Assembly (NCBI GenBank): GCA_965248265.1
Contig: CBDFJF010000001.1
Coordinates: forward strand, 2,656,001 to 2,720,000
Origin: Candidatus Latescibacterota bacterium
GTDB lineage: Bacteria > Latescibacterota > UBA2968 > UBA8231
Reading direction: 5' to 3'
DNA length: 64,000 nucleotides
Of this stretch, positions 18,569-28,500 are shown one piece after another. Made by a program: the position numbers and the translations under genes. The notes under the pieces are model-generated. The model saw only the letters and a list, made by a program, of their open reading frames with translations, searched no databases and was not told the DNA's origin. Numbering within the stretch: position 1 is the first letter of the stretch; each line of letters opens with the position of its first letter.

Positions 18569-19873
18569 ATGATCAGTTCGCTACTCTACTTTCTCGTCGC
18601 TCTCGGCGTCCTCGTTTTCGTCCACGAACTCGGACATTTTCTGGTAGCCAAATGGGCCGGGATCCGCGTCGAGCGATTCTCCCTCGGTTATCCTCCCAAG
18701 CTTGTCGGGTTCCAATGGGGTGAAACGGAGTACTGCCTCTCCTGGATCCCGTTCGGCGGCTACGTGAAGGTAACCGGACTGGCCGATGTGGGTGCCGATG
18801 AGGGTGATGGTGAGGAGGAGTGGGAATTCTCCTCGAAGCCGATCTGGGTGCGTATGGCCGTCATCGCCGCCGGCCCCTGGATGAACTTCGTGTTCGCCTT
18901 CCTCGCCTTTGTCACGCTTTTCGTCGGTTACGGCATGGAAACGGTCGATTCGACCGAAGTAATGGCCCAGGCAGAAACGGCCGCTGCGAAAGCCGGCGTG
19001 CTCGACGGTGACATTGTTCGCCAGGTGGAAGAGCACCCGGTCGGCAACTGGCACCAGCTGTCTACTCGGCTTGCCAGTTCAGAGGCTTCGGGGACGACCC
19101 TGACGCTCGAAAGAGAAGGAATCCTGATGGAGATTTCTCTTCCCGCGTCGGAGGACCCTCACTATGGCCTTGAGCTCGTCCTGCCCACGACGGTCGGTGG
19201 GGTAGTCGATGACACGCCGGCAGCCGAAAGTGGGTTGATGGAAGGGGATCGCATTCTCTCGATAGGGGGAGTCGGTGTCGGAAGCTGGGACGAAATGCGT
19301 CGGGAAATCAGAGCCCATCCGGCGGAAACGGTGACGATTTCGTGGCAGCGAAATGGCCAGCTCGTTGAGACTCGGATCACACCGACCGCACGCCGAAGCG
19401 GGGAGGAGGTTTTCGGCGAGATCGGCATCAGCCCCGAACGCATCCGCGCTGATATCGGTCTTGTTGAATCCGTGCAGCTGAGTGCGGCCAGTGTCTACGG
19501 CTCTTCCTGGCTGATCCTGGATTTCATCGGCAAGATCTTTACTGAAGATCGCTACAAAGAACTAGGTGGTCCGATCCGTATCGCCAAGATGGCCGGTGAC
19601 ACGGCTGAGCGCGGTTTACAGCACTTTCTCAGTTTCCTGGCCCTGCTCAGCGTCAACTTGGCCATCCTCAATTTACTACCCATCCCTGTGTTGGACGGTG
19701 GTCATCTTACCTTTCTCACGCTCGAGGCCCTGATGCGCCGCCCCCTGTCCATCAGGCAGCGCGAATTCATGCAACAAACTGGCCTCGTCGTCCTCCTCGG
19801 CATCATGGTCTTCGTCACCTTCAACGATTTGAACCAACTCGTCTTCGACCGCATCGCACAGCTGTTTCAGTAG
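18569..19873 (+). CDS. rseP: RIP metalloprotease RseP
   Basis: HELGH, two PDZ-like domains, 'NLLPIPVLDGG'. Confidence 0.95.
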   Translation: MISSLLYFLVALGVLVFVHELGHFLVAKWAGIRVERFSLGYPPKLVGFQWGETEYCLSWIPFGGYVKVTGLADVGADEGDGEEEWEFSSKPIWVRMAVIAAGPWMNFVFAFLAFVTLFVGYGMETVDSTEVMAQAETAAAKAGVLDGDIVRQVEEHPVGNWHQLSTRLASSEASGTTLTLEREGILMEISLPASEDPHYGLELVLPTTVGGVVDDTPAAESGLMEGDRILSIGGVGVGSWDEMRREIRAHPAETVTISWQRNGQLVETRITPTARRSGEEVFGEIGISPERIRADIGLVESVQLSAASVYGSSWLILDFIGKIFTEDRYKELGGPIRIAKMAGDTAERGLQHFLSFLALLSVNLAILNLLPIPVLDGGHLTFLTLEALMRRPLSIRQREFMQQTGLVVLLGIMVFVTFNDLNQLVFDRIAQLFQ

Positions 19874-19890
19874 CGGAAGCAACCGGTCCG

Positions 19891-21051
19891 GTGAGTGAGC
19901 TTTCCCGTTCAATCCGCGACCACGCCACCGATCTGGGTTTCAGTCTTTTTGGCGTGGCGCCCGCTGACCCGCTCGAGGGAGCCGAGTTCTACGCCCGCTG
20001 GGTCGCCCTCGGGTACGCCGGTGAGATGGCTTACCTGGAACGCAACCGCGACAAGCGGCAACATCCCGCTCGTCTGGTCCCTGGCGCCCGGTCGGTAGTC
20101 TGCGTCGGCATGCACTACCCGCCGGCCGCGGCCGAGCACACACCGTCGAAGACAGATCCAATGACAGGACAGCTCTCCTGCTATGCTCTGGGTGACGACT
20201 ATCACCGGGTGATGAAATCCAAGCTCGCCCAGTTGTTCGATTACATGCAGGAAGTCATCGAGCGACCGCTGCTGGGCCGCTACTACGTCGACACCGCGCC
20301 GGTGCTGGAACGCGAGCTGGCTCAACTCGCTGGTCTGGGTTGGTGGGGCAAGAACACCTGCCTTATCGACAAGCACTCCGGCTCCTACTTCTTCCTGGGC
20401 GAGATCATCAGCGATTTGGAGCTGCCCTTCGATGAGCCGGCCGTCGATCACTGCGGCACCTGCACTCGCTGTCTAGACGCCTGCCCGACAAACGCCTTTC
20501 CCGAGCCCTACGTCCTCGATGCCCGGCGCTGTATTTCCTATCTGACGATCGAACTCAAAGATTCCATTCCGGGACCATTGCGGGCTAACATGGGCAACTG
20601 GATTTTGGGTTGCGATGTCTGCCAGCAGGTGTGTCCCTGGAACCGGGAGACTCCCCCTAGCGCCGACCAGGCTTTCCTCCCACGCGGTGGTTTGGATTCG
20701 CTAGCATTGGCGGACTTGATCCGCCTCGACCGCAGCAGCTTCAACGCGCTGTTCAAGGGGCATGCGGCCAAGAGGCCGAAGCGTCGGGGGCTGTTGAGGA
20801 ACGTCGCTGTCGCGTTGGGCAATTCGGGAGACCAATCGGCGGTACCGCCTTTGATCGAGGCCCTGGCGGACGAGGAACCCCTGGTGCGCGGCCATGCGGC
20901 CTGGGCCCTTGGCAGATTGGGGGGAGCTTCAGCACGCCAGGCCCTCGAGTCTGCCCTCGCCAACGAGCGGTGCGAAGAGGTGGTGACAGAAATCAAGAAC
21001 GCACTCGGCGGCACGAATGGGAGCGCTGATTCGACGGACCCTGCTGATTGA
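19891..21051 (+). CDS. queG: tRNA epoxyqueuosine reductase
   Basis: 'DYH', 'VDTAPVLER', 'GKNT', two 4Fe-4S Cys motifs, HEAT-repeat tail. Confidence 0.95.
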   Translation: MSELSRSIRDHATDLGFSLFGVAPADPLEGAEFYARWVALGYAGEMAYLERNRDKRQHPARLVPGARSVVCVGMHYPPAAAEHTPSKTDPMTGQLSCYALGDDYHRVMKSKLAQLFDYMQEVIERPLLGRYYVDTAPVLERELAQLAGLGWWGKNTCLIDKHSGSYFFLGEIISDLELPFDEPAVDHCGTCTRCLDACPTNAFPEPYVLDARRCISYLTIELKDSIPGPLRANMGNWILGCDVCQQVCPWNRETPPSADQAFLPRGGLDSLALADLIRLDRSSFNALFKGHAAKRPKRRGLLRNVAVALGNSGDQSAVPPLIEALADEEPLVRGHAAWALGRLGGASARQALESALANERCEEVVTEIKNALGGTNGSADSTDPAD

Positions 21052-21073
21052 CGGGGTAAATTACCCGACCACT

Positions 21074-22036
21074 TCAGCCGCCGTCAGTCTCAGGCTCCAG
21101 CAGGGCCTGCACGAACTCCACGCCATCGAAAGGCTGCAGATCGTCGGCACCCTCCCCGACTCCGATGTACCTGACCGGTAGCTTGAGTTCGCGACAAAGG
21201 GCGAAGACGATCCCGCCCTTGGCAGTGCCATCCAGTTTCGTCAGAGCCAGGCCGGTCAGTCCGATGGCCTCATGGAATTGGCGGGCCTGGGCCAGTGCAT
21301 TCTGGCCGGTGGTGGCATCCACCACCAGCAGAGTCTGGTGTGGACCGCCCTCTTGCTTGCTGAGGGTGCGACCGATCTTCTTGAGCTCTTCCATCAAATT
21401 GACTTTGGTGTGCAGGCGGCCGGCTGTGTCAACAAGGAGGACGTCGATCCCCCTGGCACGGGCAGACTCCAGCGCATCGAAAGCGACGGCGGCGGGATCT
21501 GCACCCTCACGGGAGCCTACCAGTTGCGCTCCTGCCCGCTCTGCCCAGACGCCCAGCTGTTGCGAGGCCGCGGCGCGGAAGGTGTCGCAGGCGGCGATCA
21601 TCACTTTCTTACCGTCAGATGTCATCAAATGAGCCAGTTTTCCAACGGTGGTAGTCTTTCCGACACCGTTGACCCCGACCACCAGAATGACTTCCGGCAG
21701 GATGCCAGCACCCCTTGCCTCACCGCTCTCTGACACGGTGTCACCGCCCTCATCTGTGGCGTCCCCACCGGCCGCGACGATGCGGGTGAGTTCCTTTCCG
21801 AGCAGATCGAGAGTGGACTCTTCTGGGTTTTCACGCGAGCGCTCCCGAATCGACTCCACCACCTCAACGGCCGTGTCGACGCCAGTGTCGGCATCGATGA
21901 GGATGGCTTCGATTTCTTCGAGGGTGTCTCCGTCCAGCGTCGAGGAGGCGGATACGACTTCGGTGAGTCTGTCGACCAGGTTAGCTCGCGTCCTGGCGAG
22001 GCCGTCGCGCACCTTGCTGAAAAAATCGAACGCCAC
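21074..22036 (-). CDS. ftsY: Signal recognition particle receptor
   Basis: 'GVNGVGKTTT', 'DTFRAAA', 'DTAGR', 'TKLDGTAKGG'. Confidence 0.97.
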   Translation of the reverse strand: MAFDFFSKVRDGLARTRANLVDRLTEVVSASSTLDGDTLEEIEAILIDADTGVDTAVEVVESIRERSRENPEESTLDLLGKELTRIVAAGGDATDEGGDTVSESGEARGAGILPEVILVVGVNGVGKTTTVGKLAHLMTSDGKKVMIAACDTFRAAASQQLGVWAERAGAQLVGSREGADPAAVAFDALESARARGIDVLLVDTAGRLHTKVNLMEELKKIGRTLSKQEGGPHQTLLVVDATTGQNALAQARQFHEAIGLTGLALTKLDGTAKGGIVFALCRELKLPVRYIGVGEGADDLQPFDGVEFVQALLEPETDGG

Positions 22037-22038
22037 GA

Positions 22039-23157
22039 TCAGCTGGTCGCCTGTTCCAGAACACCTTCCTCGATGGCGGGGTCGACGATATAAAGCATCG
22101 GTTCATCCCCGAGATTCATCTGTCGGTGGTCGCGCATTTTCCGACCTCGCGGATCCAACAACACATCGACGGTGGGCCGGGTGGGATGCAACCGGCTGGT
22201 ACCCACGACGCGGCCGATCTCGCCGTTGTTGAGCTTGACCAGACTGCCCAGCGGGAAAATCGAAACGATGTAGATGAGCGCCTTGATGAGGGTGGGATCG
22301 AACAGCGAGTTACGCAGATCGATGATCTCCTTCAAGGCGTTGTAGACGACCCGGGCTTCTCGATCGGCGCGGGGGTGCGCCATGGCTTCGTAGGTGTCTA
22401 CTATACCGATGATGCGAGCGAACTCGTGGATCTCTTCCCCCTTGAGCCCGTGCGGATAGCCACTGCCGTCCTGTCTCTCGTGCGTTTGCACGACCACCTT
22501 TCCGATCCAGTGAAAGGCCTTGCCGAAGGACTGCACCATGCGCTGCGATTCTTCCGGATGACGATGCAGTAGGGCTAGCTGGTCGGGATTGAAGCGGCGT
22601 TCGTTCAAGACTTCCTCTGGTATCGACAACATGCCGATATCGTGCATCAACCCGCACAGACCGAGGGCCAGGGCCTTGCGATCGTCGTACTCGAGTTCGA
22701 GGCCCAGTTTCAGCGCGAGGACCGTGGCGTTGGCGCTGCGCTTTGCCCACGAGTCGTCGGCGGCACGGCTGCGCACGGTAACCGCCAACAGCTCGTCCCC
22801 ATTCTTGAGGTCCTCGAGCACACCGCGAACAGCGGCCACCGTTGACGGCCCGTCAGGAGCGTGTTGCTGCGCCGCGGCAGCGAATACGCTCAATGCTGCT
22901 TGAACCAGGCTCCCGTGAAGCTGTGCTGAGACGCTGTCCGGGGCCTGTTGTGGATCGTCCTGAATGGTGGTGAGTGTTTCTTCGCCCTGCTCGATAAGTG
23001 GTGCGATAGCGGCACGATCGGCGCGCTCCTCAGCCTCGGCCTGGGCCGCCTTCACCGAGGCTGCGGAACCCGCCGTTCGAGATGCCAGTCCGGCCGAGGC
23101 CGTTCTGGTGCGCATCTCCCTGCCATTGCGCAGCATCTGACTCATGCGCAGCGCCAT
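22039..23157 (-). CDS. HD-GYP domain protein (cyclic dinucleotide phosphodiesterase-like)
   Basis: 'MHDIG', 'HERQDGSGYPHG', 'IVDTYEAM', 'FDP'. Confidence 0.88.
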   Translation of the reverse strand: MALRMSQMLRNGREMRTRTASAGLASRTAGSAASVKAAQAEAEERADRAAIAPLIEQGEETLTTIQDDPQQAPDSVSAQLHGSLVQAALSVFAAAAQQHAPDGPSTVAAVRGVLEDLKNGDELLAVTVRSRAADDSWAKRSANATVLALKLGLELEYDDRKALALGLCGLMHDIGMLSIPEEVLNERRFNPDQLALLHRHPEESQRMVQSFGKAFHWIGKVVVQTHERQDGSGYPHGLKGEEIHEFARIIGIVDTYEAMAHPRADREARVVYNALKEIIDLRNSLFDPTLIKALIYIVSIFPLGSLVKLNNGEIGRVVGTSRLHPTRPTVDVLLDPRGRKMRDHRQMNLGDEPMLYIVDPAIEEGVLEQATS

Positions 23158-23161
23158 TTAC

Positions 23162-23965
23162 CTACCCCTCACCTCGTTCGGACTGAATCAATCTGCGCAT
23201 CCAATCGCCATCGATGGAATCCAACTCCCGGCTGAAGCCGACGACGAGAGCGATGTCGCAGATGTTGTTGATCTTTCGCGGCACGCCCATGCCGAAATCG
23301 TGGGCAAGATCGATAGCCTCTTCGGTGAATGTCTGATCTTCGCGTCCCGCCACCCTGAGTCGATGCGCCACGTACTCGTGCGTTTCTTCGATCTGCAGCG
23401 GTTTGAGCCAACCGCGGGTTGCAATGCGCTGATCCATCGGCGGGTGTTTGCGCAGTCTCTCGGCCAATGGTAATTGACCGACCAGCAGCACCGTCACCAG
23501 AAAGGCGTCGTTCAACTGGAAATTTGTCAGTAGCCTGATCTCTTCCAGAATGGCAGGGTCCTCTATGTGCTGACCCTCTTCGACGACGACAGTGCCTTTG
23601 CCCGCTTCGTAGTATTCATACAGGATCTCGTGAATCCGATGGATGATCTGCGAGCGTCCCTCGATCGGTTCATCATCACCGAGTTGGTACAACACCTCTC
23701 GCAGGAACTCCTCTGCCGTTTGGGAGGGGGTATTGAGCAGGGCTATCTCGGTGTGGTCACTGTCTAGCTCGCGTAGCAGCGCCCGCGACAGCAGCGTTTT
23801 CCCACACCCTGAATCCCCTGTGAGCAGGGCCGCTCCATGATTGCTCTTAATCGTGTACAGCAGGCGAGTGTAGACTTCGGAGACGTCCGCAGATTCGTAA
23901 AAAAACCTGGGATCCGGCGTATTCTCGAACGGTTTTTCCTGTAACCCCCAGTAAGCCTCGTACAT
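23162..23965 (-). CDS. ExeA/GspA-like AAA ATPase
   Basis: 'MYEAYWGL.EKPF.NTPDPRF', Walker A 'GDSGCGKT', 'LVGQ', 'GVPRKINNICD'. Confidence 0.9.
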   Translation of the reverse strand: MYEAYWGLQEKPFENTPDPRFFYESADVSEVYTRLLYTIKSNHGAALLTGDSGCGKTLLSRALLRELDSDHTEIALLNTPSQTAEEFLREVLYQLGDDEPIEGRSQIIHRIHEILYEYYEAGKGTVVVEEGQHIEDPAILEEIRLLTNFQLNDAFLVTVLLVGQLPLAERLRKHPPMDQRIATRGWLKPLQIEETHEYVAHRLRVAGREDQTFTEEAIDLAHDFGMGVPRKINNICDIALVVGFSRELDSIDGDWMRRLIQSERGEG

Positions 23966-24218
23966 CTTGTTTCCTGGTTCCGCCGGGCTGCGATTGCGGA
24001 GGCCGATCTATCGAGGTCGATAGCCTGGAAACTCGGCCCCTCATGCAGCTGGCGGCTGATGCGCATCCGAATCGCGGCAGACGCAGCAACCGGGGCACGT
24101 GGGGCCTAGCGAGGATTGCCTGGTAAGCTGTCGGTGGACGCGTGCAGTGATCGATGCCTGTACAGCAGTGCCATACGAAGATATTCAATATACAGTAGAT
24201 GTCTATATAAGCTGTTAA

Positions 24219-24248
24219 AGAATAGCATCTTAGGCCGCCAGGTGTCAA
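24219..24248 (-). promoter_or_regulatory. Putative promoter for exeA-HD-GYP-ftsY
   Basis: TTGACA-N18-TATTCT with extended -10 TG on the reverse strand. Confidence 0.5.
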
Positions 24249-24304
24249 GTTTCGAACAACAAATAGGTAAAATGTGCAAAAGCGAGTTGACGCCTCTTCA
24301 ATGC

Positions 24305-24332
24305 TTGACAATTCATTTGCTAACTTTACATT
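24305..24332 (+). promoter_or_regulatory. Putative promoter for rib operon
   Basis: TTGACA-N16-TACATT in an AT-rich island. Confidence 0.5.
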
Positions 24333-24361
24333 GAGCCCTTTCGATAAGGGTAGTTATAAAA

Positions 24362-25567
24362 TTGGGGCACAGTGAGTTAAGGATCGACGAGGAGCGTCAG
24401 ATTTCCGAGAAGCGGCGGATCGACGGGCAGGGTCGGACCGACGAGACCGGGTCGAGGCCAGCTGTCGGATCGACCGAAGATTGCGGTTACATGAGACGCG
24501 CGCTGCGACTTGCGGAGCGTGGACGTCGTCATGTGAGTCCGAATCCGATGGTGGGTGCAGTTCTCGTTCGAGATGGAGAAATCGTCGGCGAGGGTGCACA
24601 CCTGAAGGTCGGCGGTCCCCATGCAGAAGCGCATGCCATTGCGGCCGCCGGCACTCGGGCAAGCGAGGCGACACTGTATGTGACGCTGGAACCGTGCGCC
24701 CATCATGGACGTACTCCACCCTGCGCGGAGGCTCTCATCAACGCGGGCGTTCATCGCGTCGTCTGCGCCATTCATGATCCGGATGAGCGTGTCAATGGCA
24801 GGGGCTTTCAGCTACTGGCTGACGCGGGAATCGAGGTGGAGACCGGTGTGTTGGCGGCTGAAGCTGCGCGTCAGAATTCGGCCTACCTGAAACATCGGCG
24901 GACGGGACTGCCACACGTCACGCTGAAGCTCGGACAGAGCCTCGACGGCATCATCGCCACCCGTACCGGAGCCAGCCGCTGGATTACCTCCGAGCGTTCA
25001 CGGCGGCATGCCCACAGGATTCGAGCACAGGTTGATGCCATCGTGGTCGGGGCCGGTACGGTCACGGCCGATGACCCTCGACTCGATGTCCGCCATGTGC
25101 GCGGGCCCGATCCCCAGGTGTTCGTCGTTGACGGCAAGTTGAGCACGTCACCGGACGCCTGCGTGTTCAGGGAGCGCGATGCCATCCTGCTCACGGCGAA
25201 ATCTGCTCCCGGCGACCGCCTCGAAGAATTTCGCCGCGCTCAAGTAGAGGTGTGGTCGTTTGATCATATTGACGGCGTAATCGACCTGCGCGCTGTCACT
25301 GCCAGGGCTGCGCAGCACGGTGTGATGTCCATGCTCATCGAAGGAGGTCGTACCCTGGCCGCCGCCGCTTTACGTGATCGCATCGTCGACGAACTCTGCG
25401 TCTACGTCGCCCCCTGCCTCATCGGTGACGGCATCGGATCGATCGGCGACCTCGAAGTTGACGAACTCGCCCAGGCAATTCAGCTCGAGCAGATCCGCAC
25501 CCGTCGTTTGGGGTCGGATCTACTCTACACTGCTACTGTGAGGTACTCGTGTTCACGGGAATCGTAG
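24362..25567 (+). CDS. ribD: Bifunctional riboflavin deaminase/reductase (start uncertain)
   Basis: 'SPNPMVG', 'HAE', 'TLEPCAHHGRTPPC', 'SLDG', 'IEGG'. Confidence 0.95.
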   Translation: MGHSELRIDEERQISEKRRIDGQGRTDETGSRPAVGSTEDCGYMRRALRLAERGRRHVSPNPMVGAVLVRDGEIVGEGAHLKVGGPHAEAHAIAAAGTRASEATLYVTLEPCAHHGRTPPCAEALINAGVHRVVCAIHDPDERVNGRGFQLLADAGIEVETGVLAAEAARQNSAYLKHRRTGLPHVTLKLGQSLDGIIATRTGASRWITSERSRRHAHRIRAQVDAIVVGAGTVTADDPRLDVRHVRGPDPQVFVVDGKLSTSPDACVFRERDAILLTAKSAPGDRLEEFRRAQVEVWSFDHIDGVIDLRAVTARAAQHGVMSMLIEGGRTLAAAALRDRIVDELCVYVAPCLIGDGIGSIGDLEVDELAQAIQLEQIRTRRLGSDLLYTATVRYSCSRES

Positions 25568-26202
25568 AGGAGTTGGGAACCGTCAGCCGCGTGCAGCGGA
25601 AGGGCGATCTTCAGATCAGCGAGATATCGGCTGAGCGGATCATGACGGACCTGCATGAGGGTGACAGCATCAACGTGGATGGCGCCTGCCAGACCGTAAC
25701 CGAATTCGCCAACACCGGGTTCACGATCGTTTCCGTCGAGGAAACACTGCGGCTGACGACGCTGGGCAGTCTGCGCTCGGGCGATCGGGTGAACCTGGAA
25801 CGCTCATTGCGGCTCCAGGACCGCATGGGGGGTCATATCGTCCTCGGCCACGTGGATGGGGTCGGCACGATCCTCCATTTGGGGCCGGGGGAGCGTGACT
25901 CAACCTTGTTGCAAGTGGCTCTTCCACCCCCGTTGAGACGCTATGTCGCACTCAAGGGATCGGTATGTGTTCAGGGCATCAGCCTGACGGTTTCGGCCGT
26001 CGACGCCGATTCCTTTACCGTCGCTATCATACCGTATACATTACAACATACGAACCTGCACTCGGCTGTGAGTGGGGACCGTGTCAACCTCGAAGTCGAC
26101 CTGATCGCCCGCTACGTGGAACGTCTGATGAGCCCGGATGCACCTCCCCCGCCACAGGCAAGCCAGATCACTACGGATCGACTCGATGAGATGGGATACT
26201 GA
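25549..26202 (+). CDS. ribE: Riboflavin synthase
   Basis: 'MFTGIVEE', 'VNLER', 'GGHIVLGHVDG', 'VNLEVD'. Confidence 0.96.
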   Translation: MFTGIVEELGTVSRVQRKGDLQISEISAERIMTDLHEGDSINVDGACQTVTEFANTGFTIVSVEETLRLTTLGSLRSGDRVNLERSLRLQDRMGGHIVLGHVDGVGTILHLGPGERDSTLLQVALPPPLRRYVALKGSVCVQGISLTVSAVDADSFTVAIIPYTLQHTNLHSAVSGDRVNLEVDLIARYVERLMSPDAPPPPQASQITTDRLDEMGY

Positions 26203-27461
26203 TGCCTGACTTCAACACTGTCGAAGAGGCCATAGAGGAGCTCCAGTCCGGTCGCATGATCGTGCTGGTAGACGAGCGCGGCCAGGACGTTGACGGCAGT
26301 GAACTCGTCGGCGAGGGTGAGCTGATGATGGTGGCCGAAAGCTGCGATGCTGAAAGGCTCAATTTCATGTCGCGGCATGCCGGCGGCCCGCTCTACGTGA
26401 CGGCGGCAAGAGAACGGCTGGAAAGCCTTGGATTGGAGGCGGCCGGCGGTGGGCCCGGTCCGAGGGGGGCTGCTATGATGGCTTCCCTAAACGCCGTGGA
26501 TGTCAAGGGCACCGGAGTTTCCGCGCAGGACCGGGCATTGACGATCTCCAGACTGGTTGACCCGGAACGAGGCCCTGGGGATTTCGTGCATCCCGGCCAC
26601 ATAACACCACTGCAGGCACAGCCCGGAGGCGTGCTTCGCCGCGCCGGTCACACCGAGGCCTCCGTGGATCTGGCACGCATGGCCGACTGTGCGCCGGTTG
26701 CGCTGATAGCCGCCATCCTGGACGAAAAAGGCGAGGTTGCGGCCACGCCCTACCTGCTCGATTTCGCCGATGAGCACGGCTTCAAGATCGTCACCATCAG
26801 TGATCTGATCGCCCACCGTCGACGAACGGAGAAGCTGATCACGCTGGAGGCCCGGGCAACGCTGCCGACGCGCCACGGCGAGTTCATGACCTACGCTTAC
26901 CGCAGCGTCATCGACGGCATGCCCTACCTTGCCCTGGTCATGGGCGACGTGGAGGACGGTGAAGACACCCTGGTACGCATGCACTCCTGCTGCATAACCG
27001 GGGACGCGCTGGGATCCTTTCTCTGCGATTGCGGCGAACAGTTGGAGCGCTCACTGGAAATGATCGCCGCGGCTGGTCGCGGAGTCGTCGTCTACATTCA
27101 GCACCATGAGGGCAGGGGCATAGGGATCATTCACAAACTAAAGGCCTACGAGTTGCAACAGAATGAGGGCCTGGACACGGTGGAGGCTAATCGAGCTCTA
27201 GGACTGCCCGACGATGCACGGGATTACGGAATCGGTGCTCAGGTGCTCTACGACCTCGGGTTGCGCCGGGTCAGATTCCTGACGAACAACCCAAAAAAGC
27301 GGGTCGGAATGGAAGGCTATGGACTCACCGTGGTCGAGCAGGTGCCGATAATGGCATCGCCCAATCCGCACAACATCCGCTACCTGCGGACCAAACGGGA
27401 CAAGATGGGCCATACCACATTGCTGGCTTCTGAGGAGACGCGTGATGCAGAAAGTGCATGA
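26202..27461 (+). CDS. ribBA: RibBA fusion: DHBP-synthase-like domain (degenerate) plus GTP cyclohydrolase II
   Basis: N-half 'TGVSAQDRA', 'PGH', 'RAGHTEA'; C-half 'C.TGD..GS..CDCG', 'EGRGIG', 'TNNPKK'. Confidence 0.92.
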   Translation: MPDFNTVEEAIEELQSGRMIVLVDERGQDVDGSELVGEGELMMVAESCDAERLNFMSRHAGGPLYVTAARERLESLGLEAAGGGPGPRGAAMMASLNAVDVKGTGVSAQDRALTISRLVDPERGPGDFVHPGHITPLQAQPGGVLRRAGHTEASVDLARMADCAPVALIAAILDEKGEVAATPYLLDFADEHGFKIVTISDLIAHRRRTEKLITLEARATLPTRHGEFMTYAYRSVIDGMPYLALVMGDVEDGEDTLVRMHSCCITGDALGSFLCDCGEQLERSLEMIAAAGRGVVVYIQHHEGRGIGIIHKLKAYELQQNEGLDTVEANRALGLPDDARDYGIGAQVLYDLGLRRVRFLTNNPKKRVGMEGYGLTVVEQVPIMASPNPHNIRYLRTKRDKMGHTTLLASEETRDAESA

Positions 27462-27912
27462 AGGCAACTTGAGCGCGGGTGGACGCCGATTCGCCATCGC
27501 CGTCAGCCGCTTCAATGGAATGGTTACCGCCAAGTTGCTCGAAGGTGCCCTCGATTGCCTGCGACGTCACGGCTGCGCTGATGACGATATCGAAATCGCC
27601 TGGGTTCCCGGTTCCTTCGAGCTGCCGCTGGCAGCGCAGAAACTGGCTGGCAGCGGCCGTTTTGACGTCGTGGTCTGCCTCGGGGCGATCATCCGCTCGG
27701 CAACACCACACTTCGATTTTGTCGCCGCCGAAACGGCCAAGGGCATCAGCAGCGTCGGACTCAATTCGGGTATTCCCGTGACCTTCGGAGTCATCACCAC
27801 CGACAACCTTGAGCAGGCGCTGGAACGAGCCGGCACCACGGCGGGTAACCGCGGCTGGGACGCTGCCCTCAATGCCATTGAAATGGCCAATCTGGTGAAG
27901 GAGCTCTCCTGA
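27445..27912 (+). CDS. ribH: 6,7-dimethyl-8-ribityllumazine synthase
   Basis: 'SRFN', 'VPGSFELP', 'TPHFDFV', 'FGVITT..LEQA.ERAG'. Confidence 0.97.
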   Translation: MQKVHEGNLSAGGRRFAIAVSRFNGMVTAKLLEGALDCLRRHGCADDDIEIAWVPGSFELPLAAQKLAGSGRFDVVVCLGAIIRSATPHFDFVAAETAKGISSVGLNSGIPVTFGVITTDNLEQALERAGTTAGNRGWDAALNAIEMANLVKELS

Positions 27913-28472
27913 TTCCGGACGGTCCCGACCTGCCTGCCGGCGCCGGTGATTCCCTCCACGCCGACCTCGATCTTGCCATCCCCGAGGAGGGATGGCTCGA
28001 GCCCGACCTACCCGACACTCGTCGTGGCGCCAGGCAGCTGGCGCTCCAGGCACTTTACTGGGAAAGTTCGACTGCCGGTACCGCCGAGGAGGCGATTGAC
28101 AAGCTGAGTTCCCGTCACAGCCTGTCCCCGGACAACGTGGAGTTCGCCACCCGGCTTGCCACCACGGTCCGCGCCAACAGCACTCAGATCGACGCCCTGA
28201 TCAACTCCTCGGCCTCCCACTGGCGCACCGACCGAATCGCCCGACTCGACGGCATTTTGCTGAGGCTGGGACTTGCCGAGATACTCTATTTTGAGGAGAT
28301 CCCGGCAACCGTGTCTATCGATGAGGCGGTATCTCTGGCCCGGCAGTACTGTGGCGAACAGGCCTACGCCTTCGTCAACGGTGTGCTTGACGCGGTCGCC
28401 AAGAATCCGGCGGTCGCCAAGAATCCAGCGGTCGCCGGGAACCAGACGGAGATCACCAACCCTCCAGCTTGA
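27909..28472 (+). CDS. nusB: Transcription antitermination factor NusB (non-canonical CTG/ATT start inferred)
   Basis: In-frame '[13 protein letters not shown]' upstream of the ORF-track start; 'ILLRLG..EI', 'SIDEAV.LA', 'FVNGVLD'; follows ribH. Confidence 0.9.
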   Translation: MIPDGPDLPAGAGDSLHADLDLAIPEEGWLEPDLPDTRRGARQLALQALYWESSTAGTAEEAIDKLSSRHSLSPDNVEFATRLATTVRANSTQIDALINSSASHWRTDRIARLDGILLRLGLAEILYFEEIPATVSIDEAVSLARQYCGEQAYAFVNGVLDAVAKNPAVAKNPAVAGNQTEITNPPA

Positions 28473-28500
28473 TGCTGAGGGCACCGCAACGCGCCGAGCC

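Noticed and set aside
23966-24212. c-di-GMP riboswitch in the exeA/HD-GYP leader
   Set aside because: No GEMM-like conserved motifs seen on the reverse strand by eye; an Rfam scan would be needed to exclude it fully
24170-24490. FMN riboswitch upstream of the rib operon
   Set aside because: No RFN consensus blocks recognisable; the region is explained by divergent AT-rich promoters
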